In this document: positions 27,632 to 37,896 of the stretch, piece by piece
How positions within the stretch are numbered: the first letter of the stretch is position 1
Layout of the letters: each line of letters opens with the position of its first letter
NCBI GenBank assembly: GCA_963718525.1
Contig: OY970355.1
Location: 1,440,001-1,504,000, forward strand
Direction: 5' to 3'
Length of the DNA: 64,000 nucleotides
Source of the DNA: Candidatus Dormiibacterota bacterium
GTDB taxonomy: Bacteria > Chloroflexota > Dormibacteria > Aeolococcales > Aeolococcaceae
Notes under the pieces: generated by a model
Databases searched by the model: none
Told to the model about the DNA's origin: nothing
What the model saw: only the letters and a program-made list of their open reading frames with translations
Position numbers and translations under genes: made by a program

Positions 27632-28384
27632 TTACATACCCAGATATGCCCTCTGGATATCGGGGGATGCGATCAGGTCGCCCGACGGCCCTGAGAGTGC
27701 GACCGAACCGGTTTCCAGCACGTAGCCGCGCACGGCCGTCTTGAGCGCGAGGAGCGCGTTCTGCTCTATCAGCAGGATGGTCGTTCCTTTGGAGTTGATC
27801 TCCCGAATGACGTCGAAGATCGCATCGACGAGGATGGGTGCGAGGCCGAGCGAAGGCTCGTCGAGCATCAGCACCTTCGGATTGCTCATCAGCGCGCGAC
27901 CGATCGCCACCATCTGCTGCTCGCCGCCGCTCAGGCTGCCGGCGAGCTGTGCGGCGCGCTCACGAAGTCTGGGAAACAGTGTGAAGACGCGCTCGAGGTC
28001 GGTCCGCATGCCCGCCCGATCGCTGCGAGTGTACGCGCCCATGTCGAGGTTTTCGCGAACCGTCATGCGCGGGAAGAGCCGCCGTCCCTCCGGCGCATGT
28101 CCCACGCCGAGACGCGCGATCTTCTCGGCTCCGAGACCACGAGTTGGTTTGCCGAACAGGCGCACCTCGCCACTCCTCGGTCCGATGAGGCCACTGATCG
28201 TGCGCAGTGTGGTCGTCTTGCCCGCGCCGTTACTGCCGATGAGTGCGACGATCTCGCCTTCGCGAACCTCCATCGAGACCTTGCGCAACGCGTTGACGCG
28301 ACCGTAAAAGACGTCGATCTCGCGCAGTTCGATGACCAACGTCCCCGCGGCGGCCGCCGGCCCTGCCGTGCCGAGCTGACTCAC
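27632..28384 (-). CDS. livF: Branched-chain amino acid-type ABC transporter ATPase
   Basis: GSNGAGKTT, PEGRRLF, LSGGEQQM, LDEPSLGLAP, EQNA; GTG start overlaps the livG stop. Confidence 0.92.
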   Translation of the reverse strand: MSQLGTAGPAAAAGTLVIELREIDVFYGRVNALRKVSMEVREGEIVALIGSNGAGKTTTLRTISGLIGPRSGEVRLFGKPTRGLGAEKIARLGVGHAPEGRRLFPRMTVRENLDMGAYTRSDRAGMRTDLERVFTLFPRLRERAAQLAGSLSGGEQQMVAIGRALMSNPKVLMLDEPSLGLAPILVDAIFDVIREINSKGTTILLIEQNALLALKTAVRGYVLETGSVALSGPSGDLIASPDIQRAYLGM

Positions 28385-29163
28385 GCTGTGCGCATCTCGT
28401 CGTTCGCACCGGTGCCAAGGTACGCCTCGATGACGCGAGGGTCCTTCCGGACGTCCGCGGGACTGCCCTCGGCGATCTTCTCGCCGTGATCCAGGACGAC
28501 GATGCGATCGCTCACCTCCATGACGAGGCGCATATCGTGCTCGATGAGAAATATCGTGAGACCCTCGTCGCGAAGCCGGGAGATGAGTTGCATCAACTCC
28601 CGCTTCTCCTGCGTGTTGAGACCGGCAGCCGGCTCGTCGAGCAGCAGCAGACGCGGCTGGGTGGCCAACGCGCGGGCGATCTCCAGGCGACGTTGCAATC
28701 CGTATGGCATCTCCCGGGCGTAGGAACCGGCGTACCGTGCGAGACCGAGAAGGTCCAGGAGGTGAAGCGCCCGCTCTTCGACGGATCGCTCCTCCCGGCG
28801 GGCGCGGCGCGTTTTGAAGGCACCATCCCACACGCGCTCTTTCATCCACCAGTGCGCACCGACCATCACATTGTCCACCGCGGTCATGAACGCGAAGAGC
28901 CGGATGTTCTGAAATGTTCTCGCGATTCCCATTTTCGTTATCCGATGGGGTGGGAGACCGGCAATCGAGGCACCGTCCAGCGTGATCGATCCTGAGGTGA
29001 TCGGGAAGAGCCCGGTCACGCAGTTGAAGGCAGTCGTCTTGCCCGCACCGTTGGGACCGATCATCGAGAGGATCTCGCCCTTGTCGAGGCTGAAGCTGAC
29101 GCTCGAGACGGCAAGAAGACCGCCGAATCGCTTGGTCACGGTGTCGAGTTCGAGCAGTGGCAC
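28381..29163 (-). CDS. livG: Branched-chain amino acid-type ABC transporter ATPase
   Basis: GPNGAGKTT, ARTFQNIRLF, YGLQRRLEIARAL, DEPAAG, IEHDM, VIEAYLG. Confidence 0.93.
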   Translation of the reverse strand: MPLLELDTVTKRFGGLLAVSSVSFSLDKGEILSMIGPNGAGKTTAFNCVTGLFPITSGSITLDGASIAGLPPHRITKMGIARTFQNIRLFAFMTAVDNVMVGAHWWMKERVWDGAFKTRRARREERSVEERALHLLDLLGLARYAGSYAREMPYGLQRRLEIARALATQPRLLLLDEPAAGLNTQEKRELMQLISRLRDEGLTIFLIEHDMRLVMEVSDRIVVLDHGEKIAEGSPADVRKDPRVIEAYLGTGANDEMRTA

Positions 29164-29164
29164 T

Positions 29165-30733
29165 TCAGGCGATTCCCTGCACGGCGGCGAGTGATTCGGT
29201 TTCCCCCGAACTCTCCAGCTCGATGCGGCGCGCGCGGCTGGGGAGCAGACCTCCCGGGCGTAACAACATCATCAGGATGAGCGCGATTCCGTAGAGCGGG
29301 AATGTGAACGAGCTGAAATCGATGCTCGCCAGTGCCGGAACGTGCACCGTCTGACTGACGGTCGTTGCCCATGCATTCATGTCCGGCAGCACCCAGAAGA
29401 TGACGAAGGTCAGGATGAAGCTGCCGAGGATGACTCCGGTGATGTTGCCGATGCCGCCGAGCACAATGATGCTGAGGACGGCGATGGACACCGAGAAGCT
29501 GAAGTCGTCCGGCGATACGATGCTGACCAGCGAGCCGTAAAAGGCTCCGGCGAGACCACTCACGGAGGCGCCGATCGCGAAGGCCAGCAGCTTGGTGGTC
29601 GTCGTGTTGATTCCGGTGGCGGCGGCGGCGACCTCGTCCTCACGTAACGCGACCCACGCTCGTCCGACCCGTGAGTGTTCGATGTTGCGCAAGAGCACAA
29701 CGACGATGAGGACCACCAGAAGGATGGCCCAGTAATACCAGCGCGGACTTTCGCTGAAATTGAAGGGGCCGAAGTGCGGCTGGTCGATTCCCGATATCCC
29801 GTTCGCGCCCCCCGTGAGATTGAAGGCGTTATTGGTCGCGAGGTCGGGAACGATCTCTCCGAAGCCGAGGGTCACGATCGCGAGATAGTCGCCGCGGAGT
29901 CGTAGTGTCGGCGCTCCGAGGACGGCGCCGAACAGTGACGCGATCCCGGCGCCAAGGAAGATGAGCACCCACAGTGGCAGGTGGATGCCGTGAAAGGGCG
30001 ATGCGAACGACGCGCAGGCGTAGGCGCCGATTGCGAAAAAGGCCGCATAGCCGAGGTCGAGCAGCCCGGCGAAGCCGACCACGACGTTGAGTCCGAGCGC
30101 CAGCAGCATGTATACGGCCAGTGATCCCGCAGCCCAGAGCAGGAAATCAGGGGCCTGGTGAAACATGAGGGGCAGGAAGAGCCCGAAGGGCAACGCCGCA
30201 ACCGCGAATGCCAGCGTCTGACGTCCGACGACCCAGCGACGCGCTCCGTAGACAAGGGCTCCCAACGCGAATCCGTACATGGTCAGCCACACCGCGGAGT
30301 CGGTGTATGTGCCGGGAGTGAAGGATCCGAACAACGGCTCCTCCTGAACGACGCTGTAGAGGAACCACACCACGGTGGTGAGGGCCAGTCCCAGGAGGCC
30401 GGCAACAAGTCGAATCCGGTCCGCCCGGCGGCCGAGGCTCGTTCCTCTGAGGCGAGCGGCCACTTCCGCCAGCGGCGAGAGCAGCAAGATCAGCATGCAG
30501 ACGCCGAGGATGTACATGAGGAAGGTGCCGATCCCGGTCGGAGGCGATACGACCGCGTCCTGTGCGCTGAATCCCACGCCCGCAGAGAAGGGGCCGACGA
30601 ACCACGGCAACAGCCAGCCCATGAGGAGCAGGCCTGAGGCGGTCGAGGCGAGGATCCAGAACACGGTGGTGCCCTGATTCCGCTGCCCGGTGCCGGGATC
30701 GGACCGGAAGAAGGACCTGAGACGATCAAGCAC
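29165..30733 (-). CDS. livM: Branched-chain amino acid ABC permease with extended N-terminal TM region
   Basis: LGLNVVVGFAGLLDLGYAAFFAIGAY, LRLRGDYLAIVTLGFGEI, GRAWVALREDE. Confidence 0.92.
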   Translation of the reverse strand: MLDRLRSFFRSDPGTGQRNQGTTVFWILASTASGLLLMGWLLPWFVGPFSAGVGFSAQDAVVSPPTGIGTFLMYILGVCMLILLLSPLAEVAARLRGTSLGRRADRIRLVAGLLGLALTTVVWFLYSVVQEEPLFGSFTPGTYTDSAVWLTMYGFALGALVYGARRWVVGRQTLAFAVAALPFGLFLPLMFHQAPDFLLWAAGSLAVYMLLALGLNVVVGFAGLLDLGYAAFFAIGAYACASFASPFHGIHLPLWVLIFLGAGIASLFGAVLGAPTLRLRGDYLAIVTLGFGEIVPDLATNNAFNLTGGANGISGIDQPHFGPFNFSESPRWYYWAILLVVLIVVVLLRNIEHSRVGRAWVALREDEVAAAATGINTTTTKLLAFAIGASVSGLAGAFYGSLVSIVSPDDFSFSVSIAVLSIIVLGGIGNITGVILGSFILTFVIFWVLPDMNAWATTVSQTVHVPALASIDFSSFTFPLYGIALILMMLLRPGGLLPSRARRIELESSGETESLAAVQGIA

Positions 30734-31898
30734 GAGTGGTCACCTCGACCCCGAAGAGCCCCACAGGGCGGAAGGTGAGGATGAGGACCAGGATCGCGAA
30801 GATCAGTGCTTCACTCCATTCTCCGCCGAGGAGCGACCCGCCGAAGACGTAGATGATGCCGATGAGGAAACCGCCGATGCCGGCGCCGACGATGTTGCCG
30901 ATGCCACCGAGCACCGCCGCGGTGAACGCGATGATGCCGAGGTGAAAGCCGACGTTCCATTTGAGATCGCCGTACTCGATGCTGTAGATCACCGCGGCAG
31001 CCGCAGCAAGCGCGGAGCCGATGAAGAAAGTCGCCGAGATGGTGCGATTGATGTTGATGCCGCAGAGCAAAGCAGCCGTGCGGTCCTGCGCGGTGGAGCG
31101 CATCGCCTTCCCGAGTCGTGTGCGCCGCACGAAGGCGCCGAGGGCGAACATGAGCAGCAGCGCTGAGCCCACCACAAAGATATCCGTGTAGCCGACACTC
31201 ACCCCACCGATCGCGAATGCCTGACCATTGATCCACGACGCCATCTTTGTGGGGACATTGTCCGGGCCTTCGCGGACCAGCATGACGCCCTCGATCAGGA
31301 ACGAGACGCCGATGGCCGTGATCAACGGAGCAAGCCTGGGAGCGTCACGAAGCCGCCGGTAGGCCACGAACTCGATCGCCACCCCGGTCAATCCGGCCGC
31401 GAGCATGGACAGCGGAAAGATGATGGCCAGAGCCAGCAGGAGACCCCCAAAGTTATGGGTCGCCAGCGAATCGAGGTGCAACCTGTCGGCGATGAAGATC
31501 GCGTAGAACCCGGAGACCGTGAACACGTCGCCGTGAGCGAAGTTGATCAGCTCGATGATGCCGTACACCATGGTGTAACCGACAGCGACGAGCGCGTAGA
31601 TCGCTCCCAGGACGAGCGCGTTGTCGATCTGGTGACCCATGAGCGTTGCGCCGCCCTGGAAATACGTTCCCACGATCGACGCCACGATCACGAGCAGCAG
31701 CAGAAGCGCGAAATTGTGGGAGATCCATGCATAGGCGATGCGGAACGACGGCCCGATTGCCCGTGCGATATTGCCCGCTTCGAGCGAACGCGGTGCCAGT
31801 CCCGCCTGATCCACAAGCGTGGAGGTCAGAGGTTGCCCGGTGGCACCACGTGCCGTTGGCGTCAGACGTGCGTCAGGTGTCCCGCTTGGGTCGCTCAT
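30726..31898 (-). CDS. livH: Branched-chain amino acid ABC permease
   Basis: YALVAVGYTMVYGIIELINFAHGD, TRLGKAMRS, FTAAVLGGIGN, RPVGLFG. Confidence 0.92.
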   Translation of the reverse strand: MSDPSGTPDARLTPTARGATGQPLTSTLVDQAGLAPRSLEAGNIARAIGPSFRIAYAWISHNFALLLLLVIVASIVGTYFQGGATLMGHQIDNALVLGAIYALVAVGYTMVYGIIELINFAHGDVFTVSGFYAIFIADRLHLDSLATHNFGGLLLALAIIFPLSMLAAGLTGVAIEFVAYRRLRDAPRLAPLITAIGVSFLIEGVMLVREGPDNVPTKMASWINGQAFAIGGVSVGYTDIFVVGSALLLMFALGAFVRRTRLGKAMRSTAQDRTAALLCGININRTISATFFIGSALAAAAAVIYSIEYGDLKWNVGFHLGIIAFTAAVLGGIGNIVGAGIGGFLIGIIYVFGGSLLGGEWSEALIFAILVLILTFRPVGLFGVEVTTRA

Positions 31899-31923
31899 CT
31901 TTGTCCCCCGGCACGAAAACACG

Positions 31924-31954
31924 AAAAGGGGGAGAGCGCTCGGCGCTCTCCCCC
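31924..31954 (-). terminator. Intrinsic terminator/stabilising hairpin between the binding-protein gene and the permeases
   Basis: GGGGAGAGCGC-TCG-GCGCTCTCCCC 11-bp stem, followed by TTTT on the - strand. Confidence 0.7.
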
Positions 31955-31974
31955 TGATCGTTACATGTCGTCGA

Positions 31975-33336
31975 TCAGCTCTTCAAGGTGACGTTGCCGC
32001 TGGTGTCAACAGCGTAGGTGCCGTCACCCACCCAGAGGCCACCTGAAACCTTGTAGAGGGTGAAACCGGTGTTGGTCGTGTCCCCGTTCGCGTCGAAGGT
32101 CGTGTGACCGAGCGCGCCGTCATACGCAGTCTGGTGGAGCTGCGCGACGACCGCGTCCCGGAAGGCCATGGTGCTGGACGGCGGCTGGCCGCCGTTGGCA
32201 ACCAGCACGTCGTGGATGGCCTTGAGGAGGATGTTCATCGCGTCGTAGCCATACGCGGTGTAGGGCTCCTTGGTGCCGTCGTTGTAGGGCGCGGGCTTGG
32301 CCGAGTAGGCCGCCGCGTACTGAGAGAAGAATGTCGCGGAGCTGGCCAGCTTGGTGACGTCAGGTGCGCTGGTGGCGTAACTGCCAACGCTTTCGGTCGC
32401 GTTGGATCCGGAGTCCGCGTCGGTGATGAACTTCGTGTCCTGGCAGCCGTCGCCTCCGAGGAGCGGGACGTTGAAGCCCGCCTTGCCCATGTCACGACGC
32501 ACCAGACCGCAGCCGTTACCGCTGGTGCCGCCGAAGAAGATGGCCTGGGCGTGATCGGCCTGAGCGTTGCTGATCTGAGTGGCGAACGACGTGGTGGAGC
32601 CGGGAAGGCTCGCAGACCCGACGACCATGCCGCCTTCAGTCGTGGTGTATGCCTTTGTGAAGATGAGCGCGAGGCCGCGGCCGTACGCCTCCTGGTCGTC
32701 GATGACATACACCTTGGACGCGTTGAGAACCTTGGCCGCGACGTACGCATCAATCTCGCCCTGCTGGATGTCGCTGGCGATGACCCGGAAGTAGGTGTGC
32801 GGGCCTGGGTACAGCGCCGCCGTGTCGATCTTGATGGTCGGATCGCTGCAGACCGTCACCACCACGGTGAGGCAGGGGTTGGTGTTCGAGGGGCTGATCA
32901 AGGCCAGGTGGTTCTGCGATGCCACCGGGATCTCGGCCAGTGCGACCGACGAGTTGAATGGCCCGACCACTCCCATGACAGTGCCGTCGTTTGCCAGGGC
33001 CGTGATGTTCGTCGCACCCTGTGCCGGGTCATGCCCGTTCTTGAGGACTGTCGAGTCGTCCTTGCTGATGTATTTCAAGGTGCAGCCGCCCAAGAGCTTG
33101 GCGGCAATCGCCTGGTTCACGGCGAGCTCGGCAGCCAGCTGCGGGAATGGGCCGTCAGTCGCATCGCCGCCGGTTAACGGCAGGTCCGTCGCCACCGTGA
33201 TCGTGCCCTTACAGCCGGCGATACCGGCTGCGGTGCTGTTGCTCGTCGTCGGGGTGGACGTCGTGCCGCAAGCAGCTAAGACGCCAAGCGCGGCTATCGC
33301 GCCAATCGACAAAACCCCTCTGGTGGGCTTGACCAT
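31975..33336 (-). CDS. LivK-like ABC substrate-binding lipoprotein
   Basis: LAAC lipobox, VVGPFNSSVA, ISPSNTNP, YFRV, IDDQEAYG, YGYDA; GAGGAG RBS. Confidence 0.9.
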   Translation of the reverse strand: MVKPTRGVLSIGAIAALGVLAACGTTSTPTTSNSTAAGIAGCKGTITVATDLPLTGGDATDGPFPQLAAELAVNQAIAAKLLGGCTLKYISKDDSTVLKNGHDPAQGATNITALANDGTVMGVVGPFNSSVALAEIPVASQNHLALISPSNTNPCLTVVVTVCSDPTIKIDTAALYPGPHTYFRVIASDIQQGEIDAYVAAKVLNASKVYVIDDQEAYGRGLALIFTKAYTTTEGGMVVGSASLPGSTTSFATQISNAQADHAQAIFFGGTSGNGCGLVRRDMGKAGFNVPLLGGDGCQDTKFITDADSGSNATESVGSYATSAPDVTKLASSATFFSQYAAAYSAKPAPYNDGTKEPYTAYGYDAMNILLKAIHDVLVANGGQPPSSTMAFRDAVVAQLHQTAYDGALGHTTFDANGDTTNTGFTLYKVSGGLWVGDGTYAVDTSGNVTLKS

Positions 33337-33488
33337 GTGCTGGGTTCTCCTCTCTCTGCGAGGCAATTGCTGGTGAGGGGACCTGTGTACACTCGGGCAC
33401 GACGGGTTGTCAATCGCCCATTGGAACTACGTCGCGAGAATCGATGGGTAATCCAAGGACCCCGTCAACCTCGCTAGGATCATTGGTC

Positions 33489-34214
33489 ATGGTCTTCGCT
33501 GCCGTTGCGAGTGGGCTGAGTGCAGCGTTTGCCGTGGTCGTCTTGTTGAGATTCCTGCGCAGCAGGCGCCCGGCTTTCGCGGCCTGGACCCTCGGTCTTC
33601 TCATCTTTGCGGGCGCGGCGGCGTTCCAGGCGGCCGGGGAGACGGGTGGCTGGTCGCCGGCGGTGTTCCGGGGCTTCTATCTGCTCGGCGGGGTGCTCGG
33701 AGTCATCTATCTCGCGCTCGGCACGATCTTCCTGCTGGCTCCTCGCCGGGTGGCGTGGGCCTGCGCGGTGGTGCTCGGGGTGATCACGATCGTCCTCGCG
33801 GTCGACGCCGCGGTGATCCCGGTCGACGCCGCCAAGCTCACCACCGCCAAGGGAGTGCTCGGGGATGCCATCCAGCAGGGGTCGCTCCTCTTCATCGGCG
33901 TGGTGTTCCTCAACATCATCGGAACCCTGGTGCTCGTCGGTGGATCGGCGTGGTCTGCATATCGGTTCATACGCGACCACGCCGGCATCGACCGCGTGAT
34001 CTGCAACGTGCTCCTCACCGGCGGCGCGCTGATCATCGCCGTGGGCTTCTCGGCGGCCAAGACCGTGGGCATCGCCAATCTCGACGTCCTCGGCGCCTAC
34101 GAGGCGGCCGGGATCGCAATCATGTTCGGCGGCTTTCTCGCGCTCGGGAAGGTCGGGGTCCGGCGTGCGGCTGCTTCCCCATCGGGGCCTGCAACTGCAA
34201 CTTCCGGGTCGTGA
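33489..34214 (+). CDS. Multi-pass membrane protein of unknown function
   Basis: About 7 TM helices; ATG 8 nt after TAGGAT; GTGA overlap with the next gene. Confidence 0.75.
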   Translation: MVFAAVASGLSAAFAVVVLLRFLRSRRPAFAAWTLGLLIFAGAAAFQAAGETGGWSPAVFRGFYLLGGVLGVIYLALGTIFLLAPRRVAWACAVVLGVITIVLAVDAAVIPVDAAKLTTAKGVLGDAIQQGSLLFIGVVFLNIIGTLVLVGGSAWSAYRFIRDHAGIDRVICNVLLTGGALIIAVGFSAAKTVGIANLDVLGAYEAAGIAIMFGGFLALGKVGVRRAAASPSGPATATSGS

Positions 34215-35518
34215 GCGGTCTGCTCGCGGCCGCGGATGCGGCGACGTGGCGTGATCGCGACGCCGAGCTGATCTCCCCGGCATACCACCGCTACTCGAAC
34301 CTCGTCGTGGAGAGCGCCAAGGGCGCGCATCTGCACACGGTGGACGGCCGCGACGTCCTGGACTTCGGCTGCGGCATCGGGGTGACCAATCTCGGACACG
34401 GCCATCCGGCCGTGGTCGCCGCGGTGCACGAGCAGGTCGATCGCCTCTGGCATACGTCGGTCACCACGTTCCACCCTCAGATGATCGAGGCGGCGGCAGC
34501 GCTCGTCTCGATCACGCCGCCCGCGCTCGACCAGGTGTTTCTCACCAACTCCGGCGCCGAGGCGGTGGAAGGAGCGATGAAGCTCGCCCGGCGGGCGACC
34601 GGCCGGCCCGACATCATCGCGTTCATTGGGGGATTCCACGGCCGGACCTACGGAGCCCTTTCCCTGACGGCGAGCAAAGCCGGATATCGGCGCGGCATGG
34701 GCCCGCTGCTCCCGGGGGTCCACCACGTCCGCTACCCGTACTGCTTCAGGTACTGCTCGCATGCCGATGACGAGGTCTGCGACGTCGTCGAGCGCGACCT
34801 CGAGCTGCTCTTCGCCACCACGACGGCGCCCGAAACCGTCGCCGCGATCATTGTCGAGCCGGTGCAGGGCGAGGGCGGCTATGTCGTTCCGCCGCCCACG
34901 TTGATGCCCACGCTGCGCCGGATCTGCGACGAGCACGGCATTCTCCTGGTCGCCGACGAGGTGCAGACCGGCTTCGCCCGCACGGGGAGAATGTTCGCGG
35001 TCGACCATACGCGTGTCGTGCCGGACATCATGTGCCTTGCCAAAGCGCTCGGCAACGGCATGCCGATCGCCGCGATGGTCGCCGGTCACCGTGTGATGAG
35101 CGCGTTTCACGAGGGCGAACACGGCACCACATACGGCGGCAATGCGGTTGCGTGCGCGGCGGCGATCGCGGTCATCGAGACACTCACGAGCGAGCGCATC
35201 CCGGAGCGCGCCGACCGGCTCGGCCGCCGGGTCATGGAGCGCGCCCGTGGATGGCAGGCGGAGATTCCCGCGCTCGCCGACGTGCGCGGCCTTGGTCTGA
35301 TGATCGGGCTGGAGTTCATGCAGGGCGGCGCTCCGGCAGCCAAGCTGGTGGACCGGGTCGCCGCCAACGCGCTCACGCGCGGACTGCTGCTGCTCTCCTG
35401 TGGTATCGATGGGAACGTGATCAGGTTGATCCCGCCGCTCACGATTCCCGAGGCTGAGCTGGACGCAGGCCTCGACATCCTCGAGGCCGCATTGCGCGAC
35501 GAGGCGGCGGCCTCATGA
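34211..35518 (+). CDS. Class III PLP aminotransferase (4-aminobutyrate aminotransferase-like)
   Basis: DFGCGIGVTNLGH, NSGAEAVE, FHGRT, EPVQGEGG, DEVQTGFARTG, AKALGNG, HGTTYGGN. Confidence 0.92.
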   Translation: MSGLLAAADAATWRDRDAELISPAYHRYSNLVVESAKGAHLHTVDGRDVLDFGCGIGVTNLGHGHPAVVAAVHEQVDRLWHTSVTTFHPQMIEAAAALVSITPPALDQVFLTNSGAEAVEGAMKLARRATGRPDIIAFIGGFHGRTYGALSLTASKAGYRRGMGPLLPGVHHVRYPYCFRYCSHADDEVCDVVERDLELLFATTTAPETVAAIIVEPVQGEGGYVVPPPTLMPTLRRICDEHGILLVADEVQTGFARTGRMFAVDHTRVVPDIMCLAKALGNGMPIAAMVAGHRVMSAFHEGEHGTTYGGNAVACAAAIAVIETLTSERIPERADRLGRRVMERARGWQAEIPALADVRGLGLMIGLEFMQGGAPAAKLVDRVAANALTRGLLLLSCGIDGNVIRLIPPLTIPEAELDAGLDILEAALRDEAAAS

Positions 35519-37017
35519 CCACGGTGGACACGTCGCTCGAAGTCGGGAATCTGATCAGCGGCGCGTTCCGGCCCTCCGGATCCGGGCGCACGTTCGAATC
35601 ACGCAACCCCGCGGACAGCGGCGAGGTCGTCGGCGTGTTCCCCCGCAGCGACGCGGCGGATGTGGACGCCGCGGTCGCCGCCGCCCGAGATGCATTCGAC
35701 GCCTGGCGGCGGACACCGTGGCCGTCTCGCGCCGCCATCATCCTGCGCGCATCCGAGCTGCTCGAGGAACGCAAGGAAGCGCTCGCTCAGCTCATGACCC
35801 AGGAGATGGGCAAGGTACTCACCGAAGCGCGCGGTGACGTGCAGGAAGCCATCGACATGGGCAAGTTCATCGCCGGTCAAGGCCGCCGCGCGTTCGGTGA
35901 AACGGTGCCGAGCGAGCTGCGCGACAAGTGGGCGATGACCATGCGCCAGCCGTTCGGTGTTGTCGGCTGCATCACGCCGTGGAATTTTCCGATTGCCATA
36001 CCGTCGTGGAAGATCTTCCCGGCGATCATGGCGGGCAATGCGGTGGTTCTGAAGCCGGCCGAGGACACGCCGCTGTGCGCGTTGCGCTTCGTCGAGGCGC
36101 TGGAGGATGCGGGGCTTCCGGCCGGTGTCGTCAATGTCGTCTTCGGCTTCGGCGAGGAGGCCGGGGCGGCGCTCGTCGCGCATCCCGATGTCGCTGCGAT
36201 CTACTTCACTGGAAGCGTCGACACCGGGCGCATCGTCTCCGAGACCTGCGGCCGGATGCTCAAGAAATGCTCGCTCGAGCTCGGTGGCAAGAACGCCATC
36301 GTGGTGCTCGACGATGCCGATATCGAGCTCGCGGTTGACGGCGCGCTCTGGGGCGCCTTCGGAACCGCGGGCCAGCGGTGCACCGCGTCATCGCGCCTGA
36401 TCATCGAGCAGGGCGCTCTCGACCGCTTCACGTCGCGATTGGTCGAGCGTGCGTCACACCTCCGCCTCGGAGACGGCCGCGACGAGAAGGTCGACGTCGG
36501 TCCGGTGATCAACGAGACCCAGCTCAAGCGCATCCACTCCTACACGGAGATCGGCAGAGCCGAAGGCGCTTTGCTGCTGCTTGGTGGCGAGTTCGCAACC
36601 GAGGGAGCGCTCGCCAGAGGGTGGTTCTACCGTCCCACGATCTTCAGCGAGGTCAAGCCGGCGATGCGGATCGCGCAGGAGGAGATCTTCGGCCCGACCA
36701 CGGCGATCATGCCTGTCTCGTCCGTGGAGGAGGCGATCGCCGCCGCCAACTCCACCCAGTACGGACTCAGCCTGAGCGTGTACACGAACGACCTGCGCAC
36801 CGCCTTTCATGCGATCAACGAGCTCCATTCGGGGATCGTCTACATCAACGCCCCGACCATCGGCGCGGAGATCCAACTGCCATTCGGGGGCACTCGCAAC
36901 ACGGGTAACGGCCACCGCGAGGCGGGTGGTCACGTGCTCGATGAGTTCAGCGAATGGAAGTCCGTGTACATTGACTACAGCGGACGCCTCCAGCGCGCGC
37001 AGATCGATACGGAGTGA
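35515..37017 (+). CDS. NAD(P)-dependent aldehyde dehydrogenase
   Basis: [34 protein letters not shown]. Confidence 0.95.
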   Translation: MTTVDTSLEVGNLISGAFRPSGSGRTFESRNPADSGEVVGVFPRSDAADVDAAVAAARDAFDAWRRTPWPSRAAIILRASELLEERKEALAQLMTQEMGKVLTEARGDVQEAIDMGKFIAGQGRRAFGETVPSELRDKWAMTMRQPFGVVGCITPWNFPIAIPSWKIFPAIMAGNAVVLKPAEDTPLCALRFVEALEDAGLPAGVVNVVFGFGEEAGAALVAHPDVAAIYFTGSVDTGRIVSETCGRMLKKCSLELGGKNAIVVLDDADIELAVDGALWGAFGTAGQRCTASSRLIIEQGALDRFTSRLVERASHLRLGDGRDEKVDVGPVINETQLKRIHSYTEIGRAEGALLLLGGEFATEGALARGWFYRPTIFSEVKPAMRIAQEEIFGPTTAIMPVSSVEEAIAAANSTQYGLSLSVYTNDLRTAFHAINELHSGIVYINAPTIGAEIQLPFGGTRNTGNGHREAGGHVLDEFSEWKSVYIDYSGRLQRAQIDTE

Positions 37018-37025
37018 GGCCAGTC

Positions 37026-37886
37026 GTGAACGGGCTCGAAGAACGTTTCACGACATACGAAGGCAAGCGCCTGCGCTACGTGACCGGGGGAGCCGGACCC
37101 CCGCTGCTGCTCTGTCACGGCTTCATCGGCTCGGCCGAGAATTTCAACGACTGGTTCGACGTCCTGCTGCAGCGCAGAACGATCATCGCGCCGGATCTGC
37201 CCGGCTTCGGACGCTCGGCTCCGATGGACGGCGGCCACTCTGCCCCTGCGCTCGCACGCGCCGCGCTGGCAGCCGCGAGCGACGCCGGCGCAGCAACCTT
37301 CGACGTGGCGGGGCTGTGCCTCGGTACCCCGGTCGCGCTGGCGATCGAACGCGCTCGTCCGCAGGCGACCGAGCGCCTGATCCTGCACACGCCACTGGTT
37401 GCGCCCTGGCTCATCCGGCGCGCGTTTCACCTCCAGGTGGACATCATGCTGGCGCCGTTCGTGTACCCGGCGATCGTCTGGCTCGCGCACCAGCGCACCA
37501 TGAGCGACATCTACAAACGGCTGATGGTGGAAGGCAAGAACGTCGACCCGGTCGCCGCCAAGGCCAATTTCGACAACCAGATACTCGCGGACCCGCGCGC
37601 CGCTCGCGAATGGCTGCACGACGTCCTGCAGCGCAATGACCTTGCTCAGGTTCGTGGTTCCGGGCATCCGACCCTCATCCTAGTCGCCGAACACGACCGC
37701 ATCGTCAACGTGCGTCGCCTCCAATCGGCGCTCGCGGGTGCTCCGGACGTTTCCGTTGACGTCATCCGGCAGGCGGGCCACGCGTGGAGCCCGGAGCTGT
37801 CACGCCGTCAGCGCACGCTCATCGCGGCATTCCTCGACGACCAGCCACTGCCGCGCGCCGACGAGGCCGCGGTGGTTGCAGCATAG
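37026..37886 (+). CDS. Alpha/beta hydrolase fold protein
   Basis: LLLCHGF, PDLPGFGRS, GLCLG at the nucleophile elbow, EHDRIV, AGHAW. Confidence 0.85.
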   Translation: MNGLEERFTTYEGKRLRYVTGGAGPPLLLCHGFIGSAENFNDWFDVLLQRRTIIAPDLPGFGRSAPMDGGHSAPALARAALAAASDAGAATFDVAGLCLGTPVALAIERARPQATERLILHTPLVAPWLIRRAFHLQVDIMLAPFVYPAIVWLAHQRTMSDIYKRLMVEGKNVDPVAAKANFDNQILADPRAAREWLHDVLQRNDLAQVRGSGHPTLILVAEHDRIVNVRRLQSALAGAPDVSVDVIRQAGHAWSPELSRRQRTLIAAFLDDQPLPRADEAAVVAA

Positions 37887-37896
37887 GCGCTCGGGG

